Of a DNA stretch of 64,000 nucleotides, positions 1-15,500 are shown piece after piece (the stretch's first letter is position 1; each line of letters starts with the position of its first letter). The notes under the pieces are model-generated. The model ran no database searches, was not told the DNA's origin, and saw only the letters and a program-made list of their open reading frames with translations. The stretch covers positions 6,460,791 to 6,524,790 of the forward strand of contig CM082596.2 of assembly GCA_040954595.2 (NCBI GenBank), in the 5' to 3' direction. The DNA comes from Balanoglossus misakiensis (Eukaryota; Animalia; Hemichordata). Made by a program: the position numbers and the translations under genes.

Positions 1-487
1 AATTTGATGAAATACTTCATTATATATTTCATTTGGCTTCGGGACACTTTGCCAATGAGGTACTCTGTCTGCCTGACTGGTCACTGTGTGTGTCCATCCA
101 GATCCGCTGCTGTCTTAGTTTGTTCACATATATTTGGTAAGACAGACAGACAGACAATCGGGGAAAAATATTCCCTTGTATCAATTGTTTTACGATATAA
201 AATAAAATGCCATGTATTGGCTTTATTTGTACATTTAGCTTTAATACGTTAGAAAAATTCGAATGTTTGGCTTGTTATTTCGTTATGGATAATGGTGTTT
301 TGTTAGAAAATAGTCAATTTACCAAGATATACGAACGAGTGGTTGTTCTTGCATATTCCGGAGTAATGATTTTGCTTAAAATTTGAGACAAACTGTCATC
401 ATTAATTGTGCCAATTGATAAAAGATTACATAAAGTGTCAACATGTTTGAACCCGTTGAAGCATCCGGCAGTAGTTTTTTTTACTCT

Positions 488-2429
<1,942 letters not shown>

Positions 2430-3197
2430 GCTGTTATCGGGAAGGCCAGTCACCGAGCGGGTTATTCCGGATTTTTAATCCACAGAGAGTGACCTCTCTG
2501 CGACCCTGGCCACTTGCTGTTGCTGTTCGTGTAGCAGGCAGATTCGAGAGAGAGACCACAACACACACGGTTGATCTATGACCTCGTGTCGGTTTGGACT
2601 TTATTTGCCATGCGTACAAGAGAACAAAAGCACCGTAGGAGTGCGTGTGTAGAACCAAAGGAACGACAGCTGAAAGCGATATTATACGCTTGGGGATAAG
2701 ATGGAGCATACTATCGGTTGTTGCCATTAATTTAGCTCATACTTAGACCTATGTCATCTATAGATAGAGAGATAATCCTGAAGTAATAATAACTGAAGTA
2801 TTGGTATAATTAGGAAGAGCAGATATTTTATTCGCTGTAATCATTCGGCTAATTTTCTTATTTCGTATACCTTAGTCTAAGTGGTTTCATTTTGGACGCA
2901 CTACAAGTACTTGTACACTTAGCATCTTTTGCACACAGTGTTAAATAACAGACACACTCCTCTCGATTAGTCAATAACAGTACATAACTTTATTGTGAAA
3001 TTTCCATGAAAATCAAACTCAGTGATAAGAAAAAAATTACATAGTAACACTGATTGGTTTATTTATTCAATCGCTAACAGAGGCAAAGAGCTTGTCTGTG
3101 ATGCAAGTTAGTATTTAATTAAGTTCGTTTCAAGGAGTGCAAATTCAACGAAAGTAAGCTTATTTGTCACTTTGGAGATGGCGTAGTCTCGCGCAGT

Positions 3198-4271
3198 TCA
3201 GCAAACAGAACTATCATTACTGACAACACCCCAGAGCTTTCTGTAATCTTCTATGGCTGGGTCATCGTTGATGTAGCCCGCCATCTTGTTCTTGAGCAAA
3301 CATGGCTTTGTCTCTTCGAAGGGTGTAAATGCCCTGTCCAGCTCCGTCTCGTGATGAAGGGAGATGTTAAAATACTTTGCGATTATACCCAGGTTCACGT
3401 CGTCCACCCCGGGCAGCAGCGTTTGAACCAACGAGCCCGCGTAGAAATCTGCCAGTGCATCAGACGACATGATGATGACGTTACCCGAGCAATATGGCGG
3501 ATAGGAAGTTTCCGGGTAGTCCTTAACGGAAATGACGTATTCGGGATTCTTCGGTACGAGGGCAGCATCCCGGATGGGCTTGGTGTTCTTGAGGACGTGG
3601 CAAAGAACTTGTGTCTGGGGTTTCGTTTCTTTGAGCTTGTTGACAACACGTGGAACGTTAATAATCATTGTGTCAGTTGCTTTAATGATGAACTGCACAT
3701 CTTCGCAATATTTTGCAACCCACAAAATGCCTACCACAGTCTTCAATGTAGCATTTCTGGCGTTGTCAATGAAGTCACTCTGTACAATATCACCATACTG
3801 TTCCTCCTCCTTCAGGATGCGCTCCTGCGCCTCGCCACCGTGGTTTCCAGGGTAACCCAGCACGAACACCAACCGGACATGCCGATCTTGAACCAGGGTA
3901 ACATTGCCCCACGTTTCACGAATGCCTTTCCTTCGGTGGGCGTGCTCCGGATGTGACGTAACGAGCAGCAGCACGAACAACTGGCCGGCGCCATTTTCAA
4001 TCTTGCAGAGATCGGGGTGTTTTAACACGAACTGCGTCCTATAATCCTTATACCCGCCCCCTGCTGCGATTTTCCACGAGTATGCGCGCGAGGGCATGTG
4101 CCTGTCTACATTTGAACTTCTGAAAAACTTGGCAAGTCCAAGTGCTCTGACATTTTTCGCCATCATTCTTGACGCATCCGGGTTGCTTGCAAGTTTAAAG
4201 CGTAACACGATGTACAAAACAATAAAAGCAACAAATGCTTTGAGCAAGTTCTTTCGCGTGGTTTTCCTCAT
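3198..4271 (-). CDS. GT31 family beta-1,3-galactosyltransferase-like type II membrane protein, single coding exon, 357 aa
   Basis: ATG at 4271, then an N-terminal TM (AFVAFIVLYIVL). Motifs: LLVTS..H...RR..IRETWG, VFVLG, EEEQYGDIVQSDFID..RNATLKT, YPPYCSG, DDVNLG. An upstream acceptor (ttttgtttcag, ~4410) suggests a spliced 5' UTR. Confidence 0.9.
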   Translation of the reverse strand: MRKTTRKNLLKAFVAFIVLYIVLRFKLASNPDASRMMAKNVRALGLAKFFRSSNVDRHMPSRAYSWKIAAGGGYKDYRTQFVLKHPDLCKIENGAGQLFVLLLVTSHPEHAHRRKGIRETWGNVTLVQDRHVRLVFVLGYPGNHGGEAQERILKEEEQYGDIVQSDFIDNARNATLKTVVGILWVAKYCEDVQFIIKATDTMIINVPRVVNKLKETKPQTQVLCHVLKNTKPIRDAALVPKNPEYVISVKDYPETSYPPYCSGNVIIMSSDALADFYAGSLVQTLLPGVDDVNLGIIAKYFNISLHHETELDRAFTPFEETKPCLLKNKMAGYINDDPAIEDYRKLWGVVSNDSSVC

Positions 4272-6758
4272 ATTGGCCAAAAAGCGCTTTTCCAAATTGA
4301 AGAGTGGTACCAGCGATGCTGTAGGTTCTTAGCGAATGTCTGCCTGTTCTTTTCACCAATCAGCCGGTTTGCAAGCCCAGTACTGTCACTGAATGAACTG
4401 GCCTTTGCCTGAAACAAAAAGCAGAGTACATATGAAAGATGGATATGCTCAGTCGTGTTTTTGTCTGCATTTCTGCATCTCTGTCTGTACACGTATACGT
4501 CACCACCGTATGTTTGATCCGATACCACACACATTTGCATCTGATGATTGATTTGGTCCGTGGCAATCATTCGAATGAAATCTATGAATTGCTTTCTTGT
4601 CCAAGGGAGTCCAGGCGCAGTTCCTTTGTTATTGGGGGACAAAGCGAGTCTGCGCCCAATTGTCAAGAACTGTATTTCTTTGGTGCTTTGACCCCATGAT
4701 AACAAACCGTTTATAAAAATGTCTACCTCGCCCTGTGCGTCAAAGTACTAGCTATTCAATTTACCTCTGAAAAGGGGGGACCCAACAATGGCGTCCGTTT
4801 AAAATGGGGTTGTGCAATTTTATGGAGAATAAAATTAACAGATTGGTCGACCAGACGAATTTGAATGATTTGCCTTGGTTATCAAAAATTGTCTGTGGTA
4901 TATCTGTAATTGAAGATGCTACACTCGTGTCCTTAACCACTGTCCCTCTGTTACATGTAATGGAAGGACTGTGCCTTAACTTACTTTAATGTGGGATGAT
5001 TTCCCCTGGCGGTTATATGTGCAGTGTCCACGAATCACTCCGAACTGTAAACATTCCAGTCGGTACACAGGTGGCTACTATGTGATAACATGGACGCACC
5101 ATGGTGATAACAAGTACATGTACTCAAACGTAATCAAAATGGCCAACCAGCCTCCTGTTTCCATACATCGGTACATATCCATTGATGCCCTCAAAAGGCC
5201 TATTATAGAACACATGGTGCATGATATCCCCGCGTGCACGACGTTGTTAGGGACGTAATTTTTGTTTGTTCTGAAGGGACGATGCGGAAAAGCGTGATCC
5301 CCGAGTTGAAAGGTGACGTCAGCAGTGTCACAGATAGAGCCACCGGTGGTTATTTGAGGTTCTGCCAGCGTTTAATTAAAAAACCGTGAACTTTAACCAC
5401 TATTCGTAGTATACTCTCAAACAAGCGTATAACGTTCAGTGCAAGAGGGTCTATGACAGAATTAACAAAAGCCAGCCTCCATTGACAGATCTGTCGGAAA
5501 ATCGGAAAGCCTCAATTGTTCATACACACGACACTTTCTATGATCGACCGGATCATTCTATAGCAACCATGACACATATATTTTACAGACGTGTTTCCAG
5601 ACAAGCAAACTACAGCCTTTATAAACGTTCTCCACACTGTTTTAGCACTCGAGCTTACGCAAACAGCACAGAATACAACGCCACAGATTCAAGACACCAA
5701 GGATACCAGCTGAAAACGCCAACAGAAGTGTATTATAGGACAGAGGCATTACACACTCAACTTACCTGGTTAAACTAAGGTTACCTGGCCCCACTGTGAC
5801 CTCATTTCCCCCTACTTGTATGGTGGGAATCTCCCGATGTCCGCAGTGCGTGAAATACTAGTACACACCTGTGGTAAACCAGGACGGCGAAATATTCACT
5901 CTAAAAATGTGTAAGCCAGGTAGCCTCCTCCCACTGTAAGAGTTCAAGGTCTTCTGTTCTTTGTGTACGTAGGACTTCCCTGCCATACCAATGCAAAACA
6001 TGCGCAGAGAAATACCCGTATTTCACTGATGAACAGAGACACGTTGCATTCACCGGGGTCCGTCAGCCTGAACAATGACCCTTGTGATAATTTTGTATTA
6101 TTACTAATATTCAAGCCAGCGCACAGTAGAGGGAACATTTTCATTGTATTTTTCGCGAGAATTCAATTCCTTCTGCCTGAACTAGACAACAGGCAAGGTT
6201 AACGAGCAATCATTGCATTCACGTTTGCGTCAATAGATCTGCGTTCATTGGTACTACGCCCTTCATGGTATTTGTCCGGAGGGCGTGTGTGCCCCAGAAA
6301 GGGCCATAGGCGACCCGGGCAATGAACTCTTCATAGAAGTAAAATGTAAATTCTTTGACAAATATGTCACATATAAGCGAACATTTGTACAAGAAGTTTA
6401 TTTTCTTTATGAAAGAATGGGGGTATAATCACTCCTAAGAATGCAAGTTGTCCAAAAGTGTGACTGAATGGAATTATTGCACATGTTCTAATTCTGATTC
6501 AACAAAACCCGTTCTTTATATACAGTGCATCAGAAATTATTTTAAACTTCAGAATATTTATTTATGACATTGACCTAGAGAAATACTGCTTCATTTAACC
6601 TCTTATCAAAAGATTGACAGTAAGAAACTGCCCGAAAAGACTAACAAACAAACGAAACACTTCCAGTAGACAGTTGACGGACAATCTTCCTTTCCTTCCG
6701 GCAGGACAGCATTGTACTTCCGCCATTTTTTTTACTTTATCGGACACGTGACCCAAGG

Positions 6759-9700
6759 TTATCTGCAGTTTCCTTCCGGGTCACCAAAGACATCCGGCAT
6801 GAATAGAGTCCCCTTGCCGAGTCTCTGTTGTTCGACCATGTACGTCCAGGTGGAAACTGCAGTCCCGATAAAAATGGAAGCACCTGCACGAAAACGAAAG
6901 ATTACAGTCAAATATAAAATCGTGTGGTCATCATTGCACTACACTGCACGGCCCATCTCCGCACTTGCCTGTTTTAAATACGTGCAAATCTATGAGGAAT
7001 GTGTATTGAAATTTTGAAGGATAGGTATCACGATATTCTAACATGTTATATTGGCTGATAGTCACTGCTTTAGGTTGAGTTCTACAAAACCAATGTATCC
7101 TACATTTGTATATCCACGTGTAAGTTGAATTTGATGGCATAAAACCTTGAATACTTACGATAACACAACTCTTGCTCAACGAGGGAAATCACGTAGTTGT
7201 CATCTTCAAGCGGTGACGTAATTTCCGGAACGTCTAACCCTTTTAGGGTTGCCACCAGGCTGGACGAGTTGTATGCATTGGGTATTTTAGCTTTTACTGT
7301 TTCCCACACTTTTTGCTGCAAGAAAGCATTGAAGACGGTATACAGGAGGCAATCTCATTTTGAATAATCGCCTGCTTCTATAGTGTGTCATCGACGTCAC
7401 GGTTGTTCACTGTAGTATACACATGTGTATTCTCGACGTGTATTTATTTCAATCCATTCTTAGTACTACATGTATAGTACCACATAACTATATTAACAAC
7501 GGATAAAACTGATAGAAATGGGATACTGCCACTTACGTTTTGCATCTGCGGAGCTGCAAAGTACACAGCACTGAGATTGAAAGCTTGCATGATTCCCAGA
7601 AACGTCGTCGTTATTTCTTCTGAGGAGTTCTTTTTGTAAATGTACTGGCAACCCCAGCGACACTCCATTCTGCGACCACACCTGTCCCGACGGGAAACAC
7701 ATTCTCATAAAACGGTGATAATGGAAAAAAACCACATACATCGATTGTCAACACCCCTCCCCCGACCTCCTCATGCATTAACATTCATTCCCCAATATAT
7801 CGTCGATTCTTGTTCGTTAATTGGATGAAATACCTTACCAGACAATTTTGAAATCGTAATTCATCCTCCAGTGCACGGCCAAGAACTGCCGGTTCTCCAA
7901 GACAGTTCGCAGGTAGTAGTCAGCCATCCTTCGTATGTAAAGCGCCCTCGCCAGATGCTGCTCCAGCTTGGCAAAAATGTCGTTGCTGTACGCCCTCATC
8001 ATGAGTTTCATGAAAGGAAACGGGTAGAACATGGCGGCGCAGGGAGAGTCTGTCCTGAAAGTGTCCTTGATGTTGTATAGATATTGATAGATTGACTCGT
8101 GGGTGTATATGGGGTCGGTCGGTAACATAGTGATGGGCATAGTCCCGCTCGCGTCTGCCTCCTCTTTCGAGGGGAATTTCACACCGGTTAAAATTTCAAA
8201 GATCGGTATCATGGTGCGGTAGATGGAGTCGAAATAGCAGGAGTGCGAATGCAGGCAGGGTTTCGTGTAGAGGACGGCGTCCACGCGGTTGTTGCAGTCC
8301 CGCTTGAATTCCTCGAGGGTCGCCACGGGGACGAGCGTGCCGAGCAAGTCCGCGTTGAATGTCTCATCGAAGCCCCGGACGTCGTCCTCCGTTATCTTGT
8401 GGTGGTTGAAGAACGGGGGAAGGACCAGCGTCTTGTTGTGCAGCATGGCGTACAGCACCACGGCCTTGAACGACAGGTACTGGTTGTTCGGACCCTGGCC
8501 GATGCCGCGGAACACGGGCAAAATGTACTGCGGCCGCTCACGTCGCTCGACTGCCGAAGTCGTCAGATTCGTTTCCGGCTGTAGTATAGGCGGCGCTTTC
8601 CAGGACCCCTCTTCGTCTGAATTGGCATCTTGCGAAGAGTATGATGTCATCTGCAAACAAACAAAGAAATATTAGTACATTTGTGGTCGTGTGTCTAGGC
8701 AATAGTACTTCGTTCACTCTCTTAGCCCCCACCGCCACCACCACCACCACCACCATCATCATCAGCACCACCACCACCACCGTCATCGCTAACACTTAAC
8801 CTGAAGATCTAATCTGCAGATAACAAAGATGAGATCTCCATTTTGTGAACACCCACCTCGCCATCATTCCCTACTGTTTCGTCTCCATAGTAACCAGTTT
8901 TTCCCTCCCCTCGCTCCGCGTCTTCCATCACAGTGATTCCTGTGTCGTCGTATTCATTATTGACCTCTTCGTCTTCTGGCGAGTGTGTGGTGTCAGTGTC
9001 GAAGGTAATCAGCATCTGGGAAAATGCCTAGTGAGAAGAGAAAAAAAAATCTCTTATGACGTATTCGAAAGTAGTGTAGTACATGTATTTTTTAAAGTCA
9101 ATATTGATTGGCAATTTCGTATTTTGCTGCTATTGAAGGATATATCTTCTCATAAGTCGCTAAAAGGTTACAAAGAAGAGTGTTGATATTGCAACGTATG
9201 TCTCCAAAATTTCATGCAACTATGACAGGTTTTATCACATTTTTTTTTAGTTTAAACCGAACTGAGACATAGGCACTTCAAAATACCTTTGTCGTGTGTA
9301 GGTTTTGGTCGGGGATGGCGCTCTGTGGTACTTCTGACGTCAAAGTTTCTTCGTCATACGAGTAAACGCCAAGGTCGTAGTCTTCCTCGGTTGCCGATGG
9401 TGGCGTTTCTGAGACCTGATGTTCAAAGACAAACAAGATTCCGAAAAAATTACGTCACCTGACATAGATCAAACGCCCGACCCTATTTTTTTCTCACCCC
9501 CCGGGCCAAAATCGCTTGATACTGGGGCACACAAAATTGTTTTGTTTTAGTCTAATTCATGCAGCACTTTTTTCGAAACTCACTTACAATGCATTATAGC
9601 ATTCCCAATGTCGATTCATTCTGTTCAGTGGCCCCGCTTTGCCACGGACCAACAGATGACGGCAGATATCTTTTTAATAACCTTTTTTGTTTCTGTTAAT

Positions 9701-11822
9701 TTTCCGTGCTTAATACAATCTCGGCGATGAATGCCAACCGGTGCTTCAATTAATGAATGAGCGTCATCTGCTGCTTAATCCAACAAGTGTACAAACGCGT
9801 ATTGTTTCACGCAATGCAGTGATTGATAAGACTTGAATGGAGAGGTGTTTATAAAACTCCTATTAGCCACGCGTACGTGTGAATAGATTTCCCCGTCATC
9901 GGATTGTCTCGCTTATTCCTATAAATACAACCTCTAAGCCGTAGAAATTGCATCAGTGTTGATACGTCACTATGATCCCATAGTGGCATATTTATCAGTA
10001 ACACTGGTCTAGTCCATCTTATTGCAATTTTAAATAAATCGTTATTTAAACGTAGCCTTTGTACCTTTTACAGCAATTTTTAAAATTCGCGTTTGTCCAT
10101 TTTTACGTGATTTGGTGTTATTACATGTACAAGAATATTTGAATGTGAGTTTCTGTTCCATCGAGTCTATCTTAACAAGATTCAAACCGTTCAAGCTTTG
10201 AAAAAAATCCCATACCCCTGTATCTGCTTCGAATTCCACTGCCGTTGTCTGGACAACTGCTGATGCTTGTGTTGTTGTGAAGTAAGTGTCTGGCTGCTCC
10301 GCTATTTCATCTCTGGTAGATGCTTGTGCGTTGATTTCAGTTTCCATCAGGGTTGTGGCGACCGCCTGTTGTGAAAATGTGTTGAGATTGGAACAATTAC
10401 AATTCCTCTGGGCTCTCTCTCTCCCTCTCTCTCTCTCTCTGTCTCTTTCTCTCTGTCTCTCTCTACCCCCGCCCATCCCTCATTTAGTTGCAAGGAATTG
10501 AGAAAAAGTATCATAAATTCTTAATACTTATTACAAGTATATCAGAGTCAACGTCCCTTATAAACTAGAATATTAGCATATGAGCGCTAGCATACATTGT
10601 TCTTAATCCTAGTTAGGTTTTATGAAGCAGTCTTGTACATTATACAAATATCAGTTGATGGCAAGCAATGTGAGTTTAATACGGTCCACATTGTGGGGGA
10701 AGGCGAGCATTTACCTCCTCGGCCGGAAGTGTCGAAGTGACTCCAAACCAGGCCACCAAGTCATCGTCTGGAGGCGCTGTCATGTCAGCATCCGATAGGT
10801 CAGCCAGTCCTGTTGCAGGCCTCGTCGCCTCCTCCCAGGCCTCCTCCTGAGGAACAAAAAAAGCTGAAAAGTGAGCTTCGCTTCTAAGACAAATATTCAC
10901 GTTGTGCCGGTGACCACGTGTACTTCGTCATCCGCGGAGAATATAGTGCAGTGATGGAGTTTTTCGTGATATTTTCCTCGGCAAACAGCTGTGGCCGCAG
11001 TGATGATATTGATAGCCACTGAACTAGGATTTGCGGATTATAGGACGCGTGTATCCGTTCAACTGCGTAACATTGCCTTCGTATTTGACAAGTACGAATT
11101 CCCAATTTTTAAAAAAGATAGGTGTAGTTTTGTTACTATGTTTTTTTTATGTCCAAAAACATGTGCTGCTTACTGTGAATGGTTGGTGTGATTTACAGAA
11201 ACTAACCCACACATTAAAAGTAATGTAGACATATTTTTAGGCAGCGTGGAGAGGTTTACTGAAGGATTACTCCATCACTGCAGCTGACGCAATGTAATCA
11301 AAACATCGTGTGATTTGCGTACATGCAAACAGTACAAATTTCAACATTTGTCGACATTTTTCTGGTCTGTGGGATACTGGAATCGTTCGGGGAAGTCTCC
11401 ACTAATTAGTGTAAAGTGACTAGAATCGCATTCGGTGACATTACATTTTTGTCTGAAATATTTCTACTGCGTCAAACTGAGGAGTATGGGTGGCCCCCAC
11501 ACACCTACGTCCGTACGTAGTGATCGGTGCTGCTTACCTCTGCATTGGAGAAATCAGTGGTAAAAATCCTCGCAGCCGATGGTGGTGTCGTGGTAGGCCA
11601 CTGGTAGTCGTCGATGCGCAGGTCACCGTCAAGGGATCTGTCCGCCCTGTCTTCTTCGAAGAGACCGAACATTCTCTTCTCCGCCAGCTCGCTGACGTAT
11701 TCGTCGTTCATCATGTACATCTGGGTGACCAGAGTGGCGACGCCTACCACGACGATCGCGGCGACGAGGACGCGGATGAGCAGCGACATCAGTCGGCGCG
11801 TGAACCGCACGGGGAACGCCAT
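6759..11822 (-). CDS. GDP-fucose O-fucosyltransferase family (O-FucT, POFUT1/2-like fold) type II membrane protein with long acidic/Thr-rich stem, 9 exons, ~697 aa
   Basis: Exons 11822-11538, 10846-10715, 10365-10216, 9415-9287, 9015-8857, 8650-7839, 7681-7537, 7315-7159 and 6883-6759 are all GT-AG and phase-consistent. Motifs: N-terminal TM (VLVAAIVVVGVATLV), GQGPNNQY...A...NKTLVLPPF, FLAVHWR, VYFA, SLVEQELCYRASIFIGTAVSTWT. Confidence 0.85.
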
Positions 11823-12522
11823 TGTCGGCTCTCTCTTTTTCTACAGGGAAAACTGGTCTCGGAGCCTGTACTAGAAACTGTTACTCTACCCGCTTCCTCT
11901 TGGCCTTCATCACACACCGCACAACAACGCCATCCTGGCAAAAAAAGACATCAATCGCTGTCACGTGATTGCGGATTTATCGCCATGGCAATCGGTTCAA
12001 AGTTGGGCCGCCAGTCTGGCAGCGCAGAGGAAAAGGTGACACGTACCCGGAACAATGCCACTGGTGTCAGCTGGGACGTCCACGTCGGTAATCAGCATAA
12101 GCTGAAATGTTGTTTAGTCCGGTTCACAGCAGAAAATTCATGTCGATCCTGGTTGAGGTTTTTCAAATGTACACACACTATGACTATGAGAATGTTCCAT
12201 CTGTTTACGTCTCTGCGCTCAGAACTCACAGTGGTTTGTTGGGCACGCGACTGTATAAGGATGTGGTCTGCTGTTGTCCACGAGTGTAGGTCACACATCA
12301 AAAGACTCAGACATAAATAAAGCCAGCAGACAGATACACACACTCACACACCCACATATGACAACAATCGTTCATTTATTATTTTATTAAATTATCATTT
12401 TATTAAATTAGGAATGTTTGAAATTAAACGTGATTAGTGAAGTAATTGCAAGTACTGTAACATTAAGACGTAATATTTTTAACTATCAATTTCTCAATGT
12501 ATCTTTATGTCTGCTAACATCT

Positions 12523-15500
12523 CTATCTCTCAACCTGGAACTCTGGTTGTGTGTTTTCATATGATTTTCCATGCAGTCCTTTTCTGAATCTGTAATATTG
12601 TAAAAAAAATTAAGTTTAATATCGATATTTGGAAACGTTTATCTATTCCTACATTTGGAAAGCCAGCCAGTGCTATCAACAATATCTGTAAACGGAAATG
12701 TCATTGAGCCAGGTGCGTAGTGTACGAGTTGCTTTACCAAATCAGACATGTACTGTTCCTGCCATGTTCAAGTTTTCGGTGAATATTCAAATAAGATTGC
12801 GTAAGAGGTCACCCATAGATGAACCAATCAAAATGTACTGACGTCAGAGGTCACCCACGGATGAACCAATCAAAATGTACTTACTTAATGATGATCACAG
12901 AGACGACCACAACCGTGATGAATACCAGTGACACGATTATCATGACGTAGTGCAAGGCTAGCCCCTCGGTCCGTATCTTCCCAAGACCGTCGCCCCTATT
13001 GTAGTCGTTGTCTGATTGGCTCTTGGTTGTCCGCGGGGCAGGGGTCCGTGTGGGCGTGGTCACCACCCGACGAGCAGTGACACTTGTTGCTCTTGGGCGA
13101 GCCGTCGACGATGGGTAATCTATGAAAGTGGAATAGAGTTCGTTATTTTGATAATACATACATACATACATACATACATACATACATACATACATACATA
13201 CATACATACATACATACATACATACATACATACATACATACATACATACATACATACATACATACATACATACATTCATACAAACATACATATTCTGACG
13301 TAATCTGTCGAATTACCTGTGACGCTGCCACACCCCTGCACTATCCCAGCCATCCCACGATCCACTGCGCCGAATCGTATACACACATAATCATTTGATT
13401 CGTCCTCATCGATGTATCGCTGCTCGTTGTGCAATAAGAGCAAACATAAATAGCGAACATTGTCGCAGTCCACATCGGTAGGAACATTGACTTTTATGGA
13501 AAACACAGGCAACGAAACGCGGAAAAGAGACCCAACTTCGTGTAGAAAGAGTTTGTCAACTGGCGGCTGCGAAGTGTTTGTCGAGGTGTACAAGTTTTCG
13601 CCGTCGGACAAGTACACTGCGGCACCAAAATTATACGTCCCCGGGGGCGCGGTTGATACATCCAACCCTCCGTAGTTGGTCACGGTGAGCCTCACGCTGA
13701 CGTCAGTGGTTCGTCCAGGTTCATAAGTTAAAGGTCGTGGGTCAAGAACAATCAACGAGAGTGCTGCCAAGTCTGTACAAACAAAAAAGGAAAAGTTGAG
13801 AAATTAAGGTGTGTTATATCGTAATAACCATACGATGATTGCCAATCCTAATTTTGTAGGTTTTCAATCAAAATAACTTTTAGTTTTACTGGGAACTTCA
13901 AAATGACTTTTAATTTACAACTTATTTCGTTAAACTTTATTCTTCTTGTGGTTGTACGGATTTGTAAGAAATGTTCGAATCTGCAATACTGTACTACAAA
14001 AAGTGCGCTTGTAATGATGAATACAGAGTTGGGCTACTCTTACCCACGTAACATAGAATACTTCCCGCCTTTCCCTCTTCCCTCGGTCCAAACGGTATGC
14101 ACACGTCATCATAGTCGAGGTTAACATCGTTGTACACCCTGTCGTCTGCCCTATTCAAGGTGACAGTGAAACAAATATGGCTGAGGAGAGAGCAGTTCAC
14201 AAGCGGAACGGTAATCTCCGAAGAAAACGAGAAACTTATTTCGTCACCACTCTTCAGTTCCCGCTGTAACTGGTTCACGGATACGTCTACGTCGGGCTGC
14301 GGTATCCTGACCGTGGCATCTTCAAAATTGCCGGAATCTGTCAAGTAGGCACTGACGTCATAATTGACGTGGGGGCTCTTTGCCTGGGCTATGTTTCCAG
14401 GGCCGTGATTGGTCACGGACAGTGTGACGTCAACGGGTGTCGGGTCGTCGAACATGTATGTGTCGACGGACGACAATGTTCTGGCGGCCGGTTCAAGATC
14501 TGAAAAAGTAAGGGGAATACATCCATTGTGAATAAGAAATAACACTCGAATTTAAATGTGTAATATATGACTATTGATAAATATATTATATGTATACAGT
14601 TTTTAGTTGGGGGACACATTTAAATCTCTTACCAACAGACACATTACAGTTGATTACACCAGCAAATCCGTCTTCGACATCACCAAACTTGAGGCACACG
14701 TGGTCGTTGTTCGCATCCGTGTCATTGTAGTTGGCGCTGTTGTGGGTCAGCTGCAGGCACAAGTGAGTGATGTCTTCGCATTCGTAAACGTTGGTCGGTA
14801 TGTTGATCGGTATCGGCATGTCGGGCAACGTTACCGGAGACTTGCTGACAATCTCTTGGTCAAAAGTGGTGTACACGCCCTCTACCGGTATTTTGAAGGA
14901 AGAGGAGGGCAAGTCGCCGCCGTTCGTTAAGAACACGCTGGGTTTGAAATTGTAATCGTCGGATTCTTGTACGGTTATACCACCGTGGTTCATCACTGTC
15001 AACGCGGCGACGATGTCTTTCCGGTAGCCGGGGTCATAGGTCACAGGTGGTGGTGTTTGCACCACCAATTGGATAGCAGCGAGGTCTGAAATAAATTAAG
15101 CAAGATATAAAACGTTCAGTGCTTTTACACAAAAGCCTGTTACGAGTGCTACTGAATTCGCCTGCCAACATGGGTACAATTTCCAAGTCATTGATCATGC
15201 TTAAGATATGGTCTTCCTGTTCGATGGGTTTGATTTTGTGCTTCCTTTAGTTCAGTGTTAACTGTACGAGATTTAAGCATTGTGAATGATTCACGGCCGC
15301 GTGTAACAAATTTTAAACCTTTCATCTTACCAACGAAACAGTCTATGTATCGTCTGATATCAGCGCATGCGTCAGATAATTCTGGCGTTGTGTCCGTGTA
15401 GAGGCTAGAGGGGTCGATTTCCAGTCGGAGGCAAAGATGGGTGATGACGTCACAGTGCTCCCTGGGTACGGTTACGCCAACTATGGGGACGCTGACTGGC

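Noticed and set aside
11490-12320. 276-aa plus-strand ORF and similar antisense ORFs over coding exons (e.g. 3351-3956, 23172-23819, 50651-51295)
   Set aside because: These are shadows of GC-rich coding exons on the opposite strand, with no recognisable motifs.
12881-13331. ORFs with CMYV / YIHT repeats
   Set aside because: These are translations of the (TACA)n microsatellite. Only 13119-12885 is a real exon.
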